DNA of 64,000 nt, from NCBI RefSeq assembly GCF_001194135.2, contig NC_068987.1:18326804-18390803 (forward strand), given 5' to 3'. The stretch comes from Octopus bimaculoides. Its lineage: Eukaryota. Shown here piece by piece: positions 63,719-64,000 of the stretch (positions are counted from its first letter, which is position 1; the number at the start of each line of letters is the position of its first letter). A program made the position numbers and the translations under genes. The notes under the pieces are model-generated. The model was not told where the DNA came from and did not search any database. It worked only from the letters and a program-made list of their open reading frames with translations.

Positions 63719-64000
63719 AGTTTGCTTCCCAACCACATGGTTCTGGGTTCAGTCCCACTGCATGGCATCTTGGGCAAGTGTCTTCTACTATAGCCTCAGG
63801 CCAACCAAAGCCTTATAAGTGGATTAAGTAGACGGAAACTGAAAGAAGCCATCATATATATATGTATGTGTCTGTCTGTCTGTGTGTCTGTGTTTGTCCC
63901 CCCAACATCGCTTGACGACCGATGCTGGTGTGTTTACGTCCCCGTAACTTAGCGGTTCGGCAAAAGAAACCGATAGAATAAGTACTAGGCTTCCAAAGAA
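63719..64000 (+). mobile_element. SINE family A copy, cut by the window end. Other copies: 11159-11462(-), 21231-21612(+), 27533-27825(+), 19345-19750(-, interrupted)
   Basis: Same family sequence. Confidence 0.88.

Overview
AT-rich eukaryotic genomic DNA, dense in repeats and microsatellites, with eight N-gaps. The tRNA-derived SINE families and RTE tails resemble those of Octopus/coleoid cephalopods (inferred from recall, not from a search). Nearly all ORFs in the supplied track are artefacts of microsatellites, SINEs or gaps. The only host coding sequence I can support is two short phase-0 exons on the + strand, 23868-23957 (ATKVASTAAKRTKELSLTVNESVIKPTRDK) and 63360-63419 (VSDAKLFQEMSSTVTNLTEK). 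They align consecutively to the ALPS1-linker-ALPS2 region of ARFGAP1, so the window is almost entirely ARFGAP1 intron, including one intron of about 39.4 kb. The introns hold three SINE families, RTE/CR1/R4-like LINE ends, a truncated Gypsy LTR-PBS-gag relic, and mariner/Tc1/pogo/hAT/piggyBac-like MITEs. The most notable structures are a minimal type-I hammerhead ribozyme motif inside an 89-nt inverted duplication, a 24-copy 31-bp hairpin minisatellite with higher-order structure, and two long palindromes.
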